Below the pieces are notes generated by a model. It worked only from the letters and a program-made list of their open reading frames with translations. It was not told where the DNA came from and ran no database searches. Positions 8,899 to 18,522 of a DNA stretch of 53,856 nucleotides are shown piece after piece; the first letter of the stretch is position 1, and each line of letters starts with the position of its first letter. A program made the position numbers and the translations under genes. The stretch covers positions 1 through 53,856 of the forward strand of contig JAZTXZ010000085.1 of the NCBI GenBank assembly GCA_045636685.1, read 5' to 3'. Source of the DNA: Candidatus Avispirillum sp. (GTDB taxonomy: Bacteria > Bacillota > Clostridia > Oscillospirales > CAG-272).

Positions 8899-10539
8899 AT
8901 GACTGTGAAAAAGGAAAAAGCGAAAAAAGCTTTATCTGCGCTTTTGCGCTTTTTTCTTTATGCTTTTTCGGGCATGCTTACAGCCCTGCCACTTCTTCTG
9001 CCCTCCCTTTGGTTTATCGGCTGGATCGCACCTGGGGCAGTTTTGTATCTTGAGCTTTGCAAAAAGAGAGAAAAAGACTCATACCTTCGCGCATATCTGC
9101 GCGGTATGAGCTTTTTCTGGTTTTTTGCCTTTATTGTGTTCTACTGGTTCATAGAACTTTATCCCCTCGATTTTCTCGGTTTTGATAAAGCATCGGCAAT
9201 AGCAACAGTCCTTCTTGCCATCCTTGGCATACCGCTTTTGCAAAGCATCGTATCTTCCCTTGTTTTTGTGGGAATATGCTTTATCAGAAAAAGAGGATTT
9301 ACTTTCTCTCATCCCATTCTTTCCGCACTGTTCACAGCCGCCCTCTGGACTTTGAGCGAGTATTGCCACACACTCACTTGGCTCGGCGTTCCCTGGGGCC
9401 GCCTTGCCGTAGGACAGACAGGATTTCTCCCAGTTATTCAGTCTGCCTCCCTTTTCGGAAGCTATTTTATTACTTTCATAATGATATTGTTTTCATGTCT
9501 TATTGCCCTCTCGCAAAACAAGCTGAAAACGAAAGAGTATAAAAAAGGTGCTATATTTGCAGCTATTGCTGCTATTATATTTATTTGCAACATTTTATTC
9601 GGTTGTATAAAAATCTCCCTCCCTGAAGAAGGCGAGACTTTAACCATCGGTGCTGTACAAGGCAATATCCGTTTTGAGGACAAATGGGCCGAAAAGGCTT
9701 ACGATACGATGGACACCTACAAAGAGCTGACCTTATCCGCCGCCCTCGACGGCGCTGAGCTTATCATCTGGCCTGAAACCGCCATTCCGTACGATCTTAC
9801 GGAAAGTTATGATCTTTGGGGTTATTTTTCAGAAATCGGAGAAATGTGCGAAACAGAATATATTGCTACCGTCTTTGAATCTGATGATACGGGTGTTTAC
9901 AATACCGCACGCCTTGTCAAAAAAGACGGAACAATCGGAAACACGGTATATAAAAAGCAACACCTCGTTCCCTTCGGCGAATACGTCCCTATGGAGGATT
10001 TCATAAATGCCGTGATCCCTCCCCTCGGGAAGCTATGCTCGGCTATGGATCAGATATCCCCCGGTAGCACTCCGGAAATAATCGAAACAGAAAACGGAAA
10101 GCTTGGCTGTCTTATATGCTTTGACTCTATTTATGAGGAGCTTTGCCGCGAAAGTGTACGCGAGGGAGCTGAGCTTATCTGCATATGCACCAATGACTCG
10201 TGGTTTTCCGGAAGCGCCGCCCTCTCTCAGCATAACGCTCAGGCCCAGCTGAGAGCAGTTGAAAACGGAAGATTTGTTATAAGAGCGGCAAATACGGGAA
10301 TATCCTCTGTTATTTCCCCCTGCGGAAAAATACTTGCTTCTATACCCGACGGCGAAAAAGGATATATCACCGCCAACGTTAAATTATCAGAAAACATCAC
10401 TCTGTACACATATACAGGCAATCTTTTCATTGTATTGTCCTGCATATTTGCAGCCAGTATGATTTTTATATCCATCATTATCGAAAAAAGGAAAAATACA
10501 AGAAATGACTGTAGTCATAACTCAGGAAAACGAAGGTAA
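8899..10539 (+). CDS. lnt: apolipoprotein N-acyltransferase
   Basis: multi-TM N-terminus, GVPWG, VQGNI, WPETA (E), KQHLVPFGEYVP (K), ICFDS (C), NDSWF, RAVENGR, RAANTGIS; GAGGTG RBS before ATG 8899. Confidence 0.88.
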   Translation: MTVKKEKAKKALSALLRFFLYAFSGMLTALPLLLPSLWFIGWIAPGAVLYLELCKKREKDSYLRAYLRGMSFFWFFAFIVFYWFIELYPLDFLGFDKASAIATVLLAILGIPLLQSIVSSLVFVGICFIRKRGFTFSHPILSALFTAALWTLSEYCHTLTWLGVPWGRLAVGQTGFLPVIQSASLFGSYFITFIMILFSCLIALSQNKLKTKEYKKGAIFAAIAAIIFICNILFGCIKISLPEEGETLTIGAVQGNIRFEDKWAEKAYDTMDTYKELTLSAALDGAELIIWPETAIPYDLTESYDLWGYFSEIGEMCETEYIATVFESDDTGVYNTARLVKKDGTIGNTVYKKQHLVPFGEYVPMEDFINAVIPPLGKLCSAMDQISPGSTPEIIETENGKLGCLICFDSIYEELCRESVREGAELICICTNDSWFSGSAALSQHNAQAQLRAVENGRFVIRAANTGISSVISPCGKILASIPDGEKGYITANVKLSENITLYTYTGNLFIVLSCIFAASMIFISIIIEKRKNTRNDCSHNSGKRR

Positions 10540-11485
10540 AACAATAAGAGATTATCTCAAAAAGACTCTCGGTTTTTCCTCGGGACTTTTAAAAAAGCTC
10601 AAGGCAAGAGAAAACGGAATAACAATAAACGGAAACCACGTAACCGTAAGATATGTGCTGTCCGCCGGTGACACCCTTTGCCTTGCAGACGAAGACCGCG
10701 AGGAGGATACCTCTCCATACATCATCCCCGTAGATATTCCACTGAAGGTAGCATACGAGGACAGCGATGTCACAGTTGCTGACAAACCATGCGCTATGCC
10801 TGCCCACCCATCATACAGCCACAGAGACGATACTGTTGCAAACGCCCTCGCTTTCAGATATCAAGGCGCTCCTTACGTTTTTCGCCCTGTTAACCGCCTT
10901 GACGGAGACACAAGCGGCCTTATGATCACCGCAAACAATCATCTTGCGGCAGTAAAGCTTGGAAGAGCTATGATAAACGGCAAAATAGGCAAAATGTATA
11001 TAGCGGTACTGCAAAGCCCGCCTCCCGAGCAATACGGCATAATAGACCTTCATATGAAAAGATGCGCAGACAGCATAATCACAAGAAGAGTCTGCGATCC
11101 TGACGAAGAAGGTGCAAGAAGAGCCGTTACCGTATATAAGAAGATCTATACCGCAAGCAACGGCGAGTGCGTTGTTATCGCCTCACCCGTGACGGGAAGA
11201 ACACATCAGCTCAGAGTACACTTTACACATATAGGGTGCCCTCTTGTGGGCGACTCTCTTTACAGCATAGAAGACGAAAGAATCTCTCGTCACGCTCTTC
11301 ATGCCGCATACTGCTCCTTTCCCCACCCAAATGACGAAAGACGCGTTCACGTTTTTTCCTCACTGCCCGAGGATATCAGCTCCCTTCTTGAAAACGGCAT
11401 CTCCGAGCTTGCTCAGAAAGAGCTGAGAGAAGAAGCAGAGGGGAAACTCAAAGAAATCTACGATGAAATGAAAAAGACTATATGA
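10505..11485 (+). CDS. RluA-family pseudouridine synthase
   Basis: NRLDGDTSG, TGRTHQLRVH, GCPLVGD, ALHA. Confidence 0.92.
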   Translation: MTVVITQENEGKTIRDYLKKTLGFSSGLLKKLKARENGITINGNHVTVRYVLSAGDTLCLADEDREEDTSPYIIPVDIPLKVAYEDSDVTVADKPCAMPAHPSYSHRDDTVANALAFRYQGAPYVFRPVNRLDGDTSGLMITANNHLAAVKLGRAMINGKIGKMYIAVLQSPPPEQYGIIDLHMKRCADSIITRRVCDPDEEGARRAVTVYKKIYTASNGECVVIASPVTGRTHQLRVHFTHIGCPLVGDSLYSIEDERISRHALHAAYCSFPHPNDERRVHVFSSLPEDISSLLENGISELAQKELREEAEGKLKEIYDEMKKTI

Positions 11486-12585
11486 GAAATCACAAAAAAA
11501 GAGAAAAGAAAATATCTCCCGTTCATCCTGCGGCCGCAATACTTCTTTCAATGGGTATCTTCGGAGGTGCGGTAAATCTTTTATGCATAATGTCTCCGGG
11601 ATTTGCCGATTTTTTCGGTTCCACCGTCGGCGCAGCATTACGGTTTATCCTTGCAAAAATCTTTGATATTTTTCCTTTTTCTTTTATGGAATTTCTTCTT
11701 TACGCATCTCCTCTCATCATCGCAGTTACGGCATATTTTGCCGCAAAGTGCGCCAGAAGCGGAAAAAAATATATGATCCGTGCCATTAGTGCAGTCCTCT
11801 CAATTGCCGCCGGAGTATATTTCTGCTTTTCCATAGGCTTTGCTCCCGGATACAGGGGCACCTCCTTTGCAGAAAAAGCCGGACTTCAGGATCGCGAGAT
11901 CAGCGCTTCAGAGCTTCACACTGTCACTCTTACCGTTATTGAGGAGCTTAACCTTCTTTGCGAAAACATTGAATACGAAAGGGATGGCTCATCCCAACTT
12001 CCTATGGACATAAGCGAGCTTTCGCAGGCTCTTTGCAACTCTTATTCCGAGCTGGGCAAAAGCTACAGCTTTATAAAAAGCTTTTCATCAAATGTAAAGC
12101 CGCTGATAATCAGCCCGCTTATGACATACACTCATCTTTCCGGTATTTACTCCTTTTTCACGGGAGAAGCCAATATCAACACAAATTATCCCGATTTTGT
12201 AAATGTATACACAGCGGCACATGAAATGGCTCATCAACGAGGAATTTCACGAGAGGATGAGGCAAACTTTACTGCTTTTCTCGTTTGCAAGGCATCAGAT
12301 AGCGAATATATCAGATATTGTGCATATCTTAATATGTATCAGTACCTTTCAAATGCCCTTTACAGCGCAGACTACACCCTTTGGCTCGATGCCTATAATA
12401 CTCTCAATTCAAAAGCCAAGGGCGAGCTTTCTGCATATTCCCGATTTTTCGACAAATACCGCGACAGTACCGCAAGCGAAATCTCCGACTCTCTCAATGA
12501 CGCATATCTCGAAAGTCAGGGTACTGAGGGGACAAAGAGCTACGGCATGGTAGTTGATCTGACGGTTTCCTTTTATCTCGACTGA
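11482..12585 (+). CDS. DUF3810-like membrane protein with HExxH motif
   Basis: N-terminal TM helices, GIYSFFTGEANIN, HEMAHQRG, EDEANF. Confidence 0.75.
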   Translation: MRNHKKREKKISPVHPAAAILLSMGIFGGAVNLLCIMSPGFADFFGSTVGAALRFILAKIFDIFPFSFMEFLLYASPLIIAVTAYFAAKCARSGKKYMIRAISAVLSIAAGVYFCFSIGFAPGYRGTSFAEKAGLQDREISASELHTVTLTVIEELNLLCENIEYERDGSSQLPMDISELSQALCNSYSELGKSYSFIKSFSSNVKPLIISPLMTYTHLSGIYSFFTGEANINTNYPDFVNVYTAAHEMAHQRGISREDEANFTAFLVCKASDSEYIRYCAYLNMYQYLSNALYSADYTLWLDAYNTLNSKAKGELSAYSRFFDKYRDSTASEISDSLNDAYLESQGTEGTKSYGMVVDLTVSFYLD

Positions 12586-12904
12586 ACCCGATGACAATAA
12601 TATCATTTTCGGAATAGATTGATAATATAGCGCCTCTTGTTGCCCGATGTTATTACATATATTCCACAAACTTATACCTATTTAGTGGTATGAATTGCAC
12701 AACTTTTCACCGTCACGAAAAAAAAGGAGAAAAATGCTTCCTTTTTTGTTTTAAATCTGTTATAATAATGTGGATTATGGGGCGGTATGCCTGTATGATC
12801 TGTTCTTAAATTTGACTTTTTGCCGAAATTTGGCGTCTATATATCCCGTTTTGCCACCGGGCAATACTTTTTACTACCTTCTCAATGAAAGGAATCAACC
12901 GTTT

Positions 12905-14170
12905 ATGGATAAAATAGTAGTTAAGGGAGGAGCTTGTCTTCACGGAAGCGTAGAGATCAGCGGAATGAAAAATGCCGCTCTTCCTATTATCTATGCTTGT
13001 GTTCTTGTTGAAGATAAATGTACTATCGAAAACATTCCCGATGTTCGCGATGTTGCTCTTTCTTTGAAGATCCTTGAAGATATGGGTGCTACAGTCAACC
13101 GTATCGGAAAGAACACTGTTGAGATAGATTGCACAAATGTGAAGTACGGAACATCTAAGGCTGAGTTTGTTCAGAAGATCCGCGCTTCCTACTATCTTCT
13201 CGGAAGTGAGTTCGGCCGCTTCGGAAAAGCAAACGTAGCTTATCCCGGCGGATGCGACTTCGGAGGCAGACCTATCGATCAGCATATAAAAGGCTTCGAA
13301 TGTCTCGGAGGCTCTGTGAAAGCAGATTGCGCCCACGTTGAGATCAACTCTGAGTACGGTCCTGTTGGAACAAATATCTTCTTTGACATCGTTTCTGTTG
13401 GTGCCACCATTAACGTAATGCTGGCAGCAGCACTTGCTGAGGGTACAACTATCATCGAAAATGCGGCGCGTGAGCCTCATATCGTTGACCTTGCAAACTT
13501 CCTTAACACATGCGGTGCACGTATCAGCGGCGCAGGTACAGACGTTATCAAAATCAAGGGAGTTAACTCTCTCCACGGTTGCACCTATGCCATTATCCCC
13601 GATATGATCGAGGCCGGCACATATATGATAGCCGCAGCGGCTACCGGAGGATGCATCCAACTTACAAACGTTATCCCAAAGCACCTTGAATGCATCTCTT
13701 CAAAGATCGAGGAAACAGGTGCAACTGTTGACGAATACGATGATTCCGTCGTTGTTACAGGTAATGCAAATATCAGAAAAACAAATGTAAAGACCCACCC
13801 CTATCCCGGATTCCCTACAGATATGCAGCCTCAGATGGCTGTTCTCCTCTGCCTTGCAAACGGAGTCAGCTATGTTTCCGAAGGTGTATATGAAAAGCGT
13901 TTCCGTTATGTTGACGAGCTTATCAAAATGGGCGCGGCAATTAAAGTTGACGGAAGAACCGCCGTTATCGAGGGTGGAAGACCTCTTCACGGTGCTGATG
14001 TTGTTGCAGTAGACCTCAGAGCCGGCGTTGCCATGATCATTGCTGCTCTTTGCGCTGAGGGTACAACTGAGATCTCTCAGATACACCTTATTGAGCGCGG
14101 ATATGATGATGTTGTCGGCAAGCTCAGAAGCATGGGCGCTGACATCGAAAAGGTTAGCTATCCCGATTAA
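12905..14170 (+). CDS. murA: UDP-N-acetylglucosamine 1-carboxyvinyltransferase
   Basis: GMKNAALP, RASYY, PGGCDFGGRPIDQH (catalytic Cys), PGFPTDMQ, DLRAG, RGY; start MDKIVV at 12905. Confidence 0.95.
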   Translation: MDKIVVKGGACLHGSVEISGMKNAALPIIYACVLVEDKCTIENIPDVRDVALSLKILEDMGATVNRIGKNTVEIDCTNVKYGTSKAEFVQKIRASYYLLGSEFGRFGKANVAYPGGCDFGGRPIDQHIKGFECLGGSVKADCAHVEINSEYGPVGTNIFFDIVSVGATINVMLAAALAEGTTIIENAAREPHIVDLANFLNTCGARISGAGTDVIKIKGVNSLHGCTYAIIPDMIEAGTYMIAAAATGGCIQLTNVIPKHLECISSKIEETGATVDEYDDSVVVTGNANIRKTNVKTHPYPGFPTDMQPQMAVLLCLANGVSYVSEGVYEKRFRYVDELIKMGAAIKVDGRTAVIEGGRPLHGADVVAVDLRAGVAMIIAALCAEGTTEISQIHLIERGYDDVVGKLRSMGADIEKVSYPD

Positions 14171-14211
14171 TTTCGGAATAAACAATATACAAAATTAAAG
14201 GAGATACAAAA

Positions 14212-14415
14212 ATGGAAATTACAAAAGATTCAATTATCGGCGATGTACTCGACTACGATATCGATACAGCACAGTTCTTTTTTGAGATAGGCATGCACTG
14301 CCTCGGTTGCCCTCACTCCAGAGGCGAAAGCATTGAAGCAGCTTGCGAAGTTCACGGAACTGACTGCGACGAGCTTGTCAGCAAGATCAACGATTTTCTT
14401 GCATCCAAGAACTAA
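14212..14415 (+). CDS. DUF1858 domain protein (GMHCxGC redox motif)
   Basis: ITKDSIIGDVL, GMHCLGC, ESIEAAC.VHG. Confidence 0.85.
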   Translation: MEITKDSIIGDVLDYDIDTAQFFFEIGMHCLGCPHSRGESIEAACEVHGTDCDELVSKINDFLASKN

Positions 14416-14466
14416 TCTATAATCGGGCAGTCTCAGACCGCCCGATTTATTTTTAACTAAACGATT

Positions 14467-15159
14467 ATGAAAGATATTCCAATTCTTGACAGCCGACTTT
14501 CTCTTGCTGCAAGCTTTGTAAGAGACGGCAGCACAGTTGCCGACATCGGCACAGACCACGCTTATCTCCCCATTTATCTTTTGCTGACAGGAAAATCAAC
14601 GGAAGCTATCGCCGCCGACATTAACGAAGGACCTCTCGAAAGGGCAACTATTAACTGTGCTCGCTACGGTGTTCGCGACAAAATGACCCTCTGCCTCTCC
14701 GACGGACTTAAAGACCTTCCGCTTGAAGAAAAAGGTGTCAGTGATATAGTTATCTGCGGAATGGGCGGCGAGCTTATTGCATCTATACTATCCGCCTCCG
14801 ATTACATTAAAGACCCACAGGTGCGCCTCATCCTTCAGCCTATGTCCCACCCCGAAAAGCTTAGAGAATACCTTGCCAAAGAGGGATTTAAAACAGTTGA
14901 CGGCATGATGGCAAAGGCACAGGACAAGCTTTATCAGTGCATCGTTTGCGAGTATGACGGCATCTCTCGCACACTTTCTCCCGCCGCTCTTGAGCTTGGG
15001 GAGGAAAACATCAAAGGCGAGCATTCTCCCGTGTTTTTGGAAACACTCGATAATCTTATAAAAAAGACAGAGAGAGCTGTGGAAGGAAGAAAAAAAGGCG
15101 GCCTTGACAACACTGAACTTCTTATGCTTCTTTCGGAACTTAAAGAAATCAAAGGATAA
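14467..15159 (+). CDS. trmK: tRNA (adenine(22)-N1)-methyltransferase
   Basis: ADIGTDHAYLP, GPL, GMGGELI, LILQP; upstream of a Nif3 gene, as is typical. Confidence 0.9.
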   Translation: MKDIPILDSRLSLAASFVRDGSTVADIGTDHAYLPIYLLLTGKSTEAIAADINEGPLERATINCARYGVRDKMTLCLSDGLKDLPLEEKGVSDIVICGMGGELIASILSASDYIKDPQVRLILQPMSHPEKLREYLAKEGFKTVDGMMAKAQDKLYQCIVCEYDGISRTLSPAALELGEENIKGEHSPVFLETLDNLIKKTERAVEGRKKGGLDNTELLMLLSELKEIKG

Positions 15160-15163
15160 TACA

Positions 15164-15925
15164 ATGACTGTAATTGAATTTTATAATAAACTCTCAGAGC
15201 TTTATCCCTCTTCTCTTTCCTCAAGTTGGGATAATGACGGACTTATGCTCTGCCCTGACGGAAATAAAAAAATAAAAAAAGTTCTTGTTGCCCTTGACGC
15301 AACAATTGAAGCAATCGAATATGCTATTGAGGGCGGATTTGATCTGATCCTCACCCATCATCCTCTTATTTTCAAGGGGCTCCGAGCGCTCAACGAGTAC
15401 GATCTTACGGGAAAGAGAGTTCTCCTTGCTGTGAAGGCGGGGATTTCCGTCATCTCCCTCCATACACGTCTCGATGCGGGCAAGGGCGGAGTTAACGACA
15501 CTTTGGCATCTCTTCTCAATCTTTCCGATGTTGAAGTTTTCGGAGATATTGACAATCCTACTCTCGGACGTATGGGCACAACCGATATTTCCGATGCGGG
15601 AGCTTTTGCCGCAAAGATCAAGGAAGCAACAGGTGTCCCCTCCGTTATGGCATATGTTTGCCGACCCGTGTGTCGTGTTGCAGTTGTAGGCGGTGGCGGC
15701 GGTGACCTTATCGGTGACGCCGTGAAAGCAGGAGCCGACACTCTTATCACAGGAGAAAGCGGCTATAATAAAAGCCTTGATGCAGGCGAGAGCGGGCTTA
15801 ACGTATTTATTGCGGGACACTATTATACAGAAGCTCCAGTATTGAATATTCTCAAGGACCTTGCAGAGAATATTGCAGGAGCCGAGACCGAGCTTTATAC
15901 AAAAGCTCCTGAGATATTCTTTTGA
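15164..15925 (+). CDS. Nif3-like dinuclear metal centre protein
   Basis: WDNDGL, ALD, THHP, HTRLD, GVND, GHYYTE. Confidence 0.92.
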   Translation: MTVIEFYNKLSELYPSSLSSSWDNDGLMLCPDGNKKIKKVLVALDATIEAIEYAIEGGFDLILTHHPLIFKGLRALNEYDLTGKRVLLAVKAGISVISLHTRLDAGKGGVNDTLASLLNLSDVEVFGDIDNPTLGRMGTTDISDAGAFAAKIKEATGVPSVMAYVCRPVCRVAVVGGGGGDLIGDAVKAGADTLITGESGYNKSLDAGESGLNVFIAGHYYTEAPVLNILKDLAENIAGAETELYTKAPEIFF

Positions 15926-15947
15926 TTAAGACTGAATTATTATTGTT

Positions 15948-15981
15948 GAAATCCGCCCTTTGGCGGATTTCTTCTTTTTTT
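15948..15981 (+). terminator. intrinsic terminator
   Basis: GAAATCCGCC-CTTT-GGCGGATTTC followed by a T tract. Confidence 0.8.
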
Positions 15982-16275
15982 GTGATACTTCTGGGGCGGG
16001 GGTATTGTACTGAAGAAGCCTCCTGCAAGAGAGAGGCTCGGGCGGGGACCTACTCCCCTATGGCAGTGTTTATTGGTTCATTGGTTTGTGCATCAAATCC
16101 ATTGCCGCCTTGAAAAAGATTTTTCATAATCCTATTTACACCAATATAGAATATGTGGTATAATTTACATGTATTTAAATATTACAGACACTACTTATAA
16201 TATATTATCGAGCCTGATTTTTTAATTCGGGCACGGCTTGCACTCATGCAAGCAAAAAGAAAGGTCAGGTCTATA

Positions 16276-17067
16276 ATGGCTAAATTTACCTCTGCAGTTA
16301 TCCTTGCTGCAGGAAACGGAACACGTTTCGGCGGCAGTGTGAAAAAGCAGTTCGTAGACGTTCTCGGCATTCCCTGCCTTGTTCGAACTGTTAAAGCTTT
16401 TGAAGAATGCGATCTTATTGATGAAATTATCATAGTAGGCGATGCTGATACAATCAATGAGACTATTGCCGGATATAAATTCGAAAAAGTATCCATGATA
16501 GTTTCAGGAGGAGAAACAAGACAGGACTCTGCTCTTCTTGGCTTTGATTCTGTTTCCGATAAGTCCAAATTCGTTGCCATCCATGATGGCGCACGCTGTC
16601 TTGTCACCCCCGAAATGATAGAGGCTACCGTTAAAGAAGCCTACAAGTATCGTGCGGCAGCTGCTGCTCACAAGTCTGAGGATACAGTCAAGATTGCCGA
16701 TAAAAAGGGGTTCGTTGTTAAAACTACGGACCGCGATAAGATCTGGCTCGTTCAGACCCCTCAGGTATTCCAGAATGATGTTTACCGAGTCAGCGCTTAT
16801 ATGGCTAAGCGAGACGAAGAGACAGTTACCGACGATTGTATGCTCTGCGAAAACCTCGGCTTTGAGATAAAGCTCGTTGAATGCGGCCGCGAAAACCTGA
16901 AGCTCACAACCAAGGAAGACCTTCTTTTAGCTGAAGCAATCATTGCTTACAGAGAAAAGCTCGCAGAAGAAAAGGCCGAGCCTAAAAAGGCTGAAGCAAA
17001 GAAGACTGAACCTAAAAAAAATGAAGTTAAAAAGTCCGAAGCAAAGAAAGCGAAGGAAGAAAAATGA
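16276..17067 (+). CDS. ispD: 2-C-methyl-D-erythritol 4-phosphate cytidylyltransferase
   Basis: ILAAGNGTRF, KQF, GGETRQDS, IHDGAR, QTPQ, TDD, NLKLTT; ATGA overlap with ispF. Confidence 0.93.
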   Translation: MAKFTSAVILAAGNGTRFGGSVKKQFVDVLGIPCLVRTVKAFEECDLIDEIIIVGDADTINETIAGYKFEKVSMIVSGGETRQDSALLGFDSVSDKSKFVAIHDGARCLVTPEMIEATVKEAYKYRAAAAAHKSEDTVKIADKKGFVVKTTDRDKIWLVQTPQVFQNDVYRVSAYMAKRDEETVTDDCMLCENLGFEIKLVECGRENLKLTTKEDLLLAEAIIAYREKLAEEKAEPKKAEAKKTEPKKNEVKKSEAKKAKEEK

Positions 17068-17540
17068 GAATAGGCCACGGATATGATGCCCACCGTTTTG
17101 AGGAGGGCAAAAAAATGATTATCGGCGGAGTTACATTCGATGACTGCCCCTACGGTCTTATGGCTCACTCCGACGGAGATGTTCTGTGCCATGCTATCTG
17201 CGATGCTCTTCTCGGAGCCGCCGGACTTGGCGATATCGGTAATCTCTTCCCCGATAACGATATGACATATAAAAACATTTACTCAATGCTCCTCCTTGAA
17301 AAGGTTTGTGAAGAGATTCGCAAATCCGGCTTTGAAATAGATTATATAGATTCAACCATCGTTGCTCAGCAGCCCAAAATGGCACCTTATATTCAAGCGA
17401 TGAGAGAATGCATTGCAAAATACGTGGGCATTTCTGTATCACGCTTTAACGTTAAGGCTACCACCGAAGAAAAAATGGGCTTTACAGGCAGACGTGAAGG
17501 CATTTCCGCTCACGCAGTTTGCTTGCTTAAAGAGAATTAA
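17064..17540 (+). CDS. ispF: 2-C-methyl-D-erythritol 2,4-cyclodiphosphate synthase
   Basis: MRIGHGYDAH, HSDGDVLCHA, GDIG, VKATTEE. Confidence 0.96.
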   Translation: MRIGHGYDAHRFEEGKKMIIGGVTFDDCPYGLMAHSDGDVLCHAICDALLGAAGLGDIGNLFPDNDMTYKNIYSMLLLEKVCEEIRKSGFEIDYIDSTIVAQQPKMAPYIQAMRECIAKYVGISVSRFNVKATTEEKMGFTGRREGISAHAVCLLKEN

Positions 17541-17544
17541 AAAT

Positions 17545-17564
17545 GACCTTCCCGAAGGAAGGTC
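17545..17564 (-). terminator. intrinsic terminator, minus-strand oriented, probably bidirectional
   Basis: minus strand GACCUUCC-UUCG-GGAAGGUC (cUUCGg tetraloop) followed by AUUUUU. Confidence 0.75.
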
Positions 17565-17570
17565 TATATA

Positions 17571-17730
17571 AACCGAGAGCCACGGCGAAGTGCCCACATC
17601 CTTTATTTTTAAATTCCTTTTCGCCGCGTACTGTCGGGGGCACTGTTTAAGACGGCTTTGCCGTCAATACATCTTATGGAAAAAATCCTGAATGTGTCAC
17701 CGTGACGCAGTGCCGCACGAATCCTCAGTT
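17571..17730 (-). ncRNA. ssrS: probable 6S RNA (SsrS-like)
   Basis: ~160-170 nt whose ends pair on the minus strand via G-U wobbles (AACUGAG/CUCGGUU; UGCGGC/GCCGUG; UGC-UCAC/GUGGGCA) around a central unpaired bubble; has its own terminator. Confidence 0.55.
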
Positions 17731-17808
17731 TTGAATTAATCCTTAAAACGCGGATTTTTCGTCCGTATAAGAAAAAAATAAAACAGTATTTTAAACAGGT
17801 ACAAAATC

Positions 17809-18477
17809 ATGAAAATTTTAACCGCTCCCAGCCTTTTCGCATCTAATCTTCTTAACATTGAAAACGAAGTAAAGCGCACCGAAGAAGCAGGTGCAGAACT
17901 CATACATTTTGACGTCATGGACGGTGTTTACGTTCCCAATATCAGCATCGGATTTGAAATCCTTGCGGCGGTTCGCTCCATTACAAATCTCCCAATCGAT
18001 GCTCATATGATGACTGTGAACCCCGGAAAATATATTGAGCGCCTCGCAAATGCAGGAGCAGATATTATCACGGTACACAATGATATCGGAGAGGTTGACG
18101 AGATCAGAAAGATGATGGAAGAGATCCACAACTACGGTCTTATGGCTGCTATCGCTCTTAAGCCCCGCGTTCCCGCAGAGGCAGTTCTTCCCTTTATCGA
18201 TCTTTGCGATATGATCCTTGTTATGACTGTAGAGCCCGGTTTCTCCGGTCAGAGCTTTATGGATATGTCTGACAAGATCAGAAAAGTAAAGGAATATATC
18301 GGCAACAGAACTATAAACATTCAGGTAGACGGCGGAATCAACCCCGAAACAGCAGCAGTCTGCGCTGAGGCAGGCGCCAACGTCTTCGTTGTCGGAAGTG
18401 CCGCATACAGAGCCGATGATATGAAGGCAACCCTTGATGCCATTAAATGCGCGGCAAACGAGGCATATAATTTCTAA
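17809..18477 (+). CDS. rpe: ribulose-phosphate 3-epimerase
   Basis: APS, HFDVMDG.YVPN, DAHMM, MTVEPGFSGQ, VDGGI. Confidence 0.95.
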   Translation: MKILTAPSLFASNLLNIENEVKRTEEAGAELIHFDVMDGVYVPNISIGFEILAAVRSITNLPIDAHMMTVNPGKYIERLANAGADIITVHNDIGEVDEIRKMMEEIHNYGLMAAIALKPRVPAEAVLPFIDLCDMILVMTVEPGFSGQSFMDMSDKIRKVKEYIGNRTINIQVDGGINPETAAVCAEAGANVFVVGSAAYRADDMKATLDAIKCAANEAYNF

Positions 18478-18522
18478 TCTATTTACTAATTACTAAAAAA
18501 CAAACGAAAGCAGGTGAGGCAG

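Noticed and set aside
12770-12904. Upstream extensions given by the ORF track (murA 12770, lnt 8833, Nif3 15104, ispD 16246, 29413, RyR 33625)
   Set aside because: Downstream ATGs have better RBSs and match family N-termini.
12806-13684. 292-aa antisense ORF (and 13700-14185)
   Set aside because: Lies opposite murA; shadow ORF.
15922-16113. 63-aa ORF and GC-rich hairpins after the Nif3 gene
   Set aside because: Runs through the terminator; no coding or RNA-family signature that I can support.
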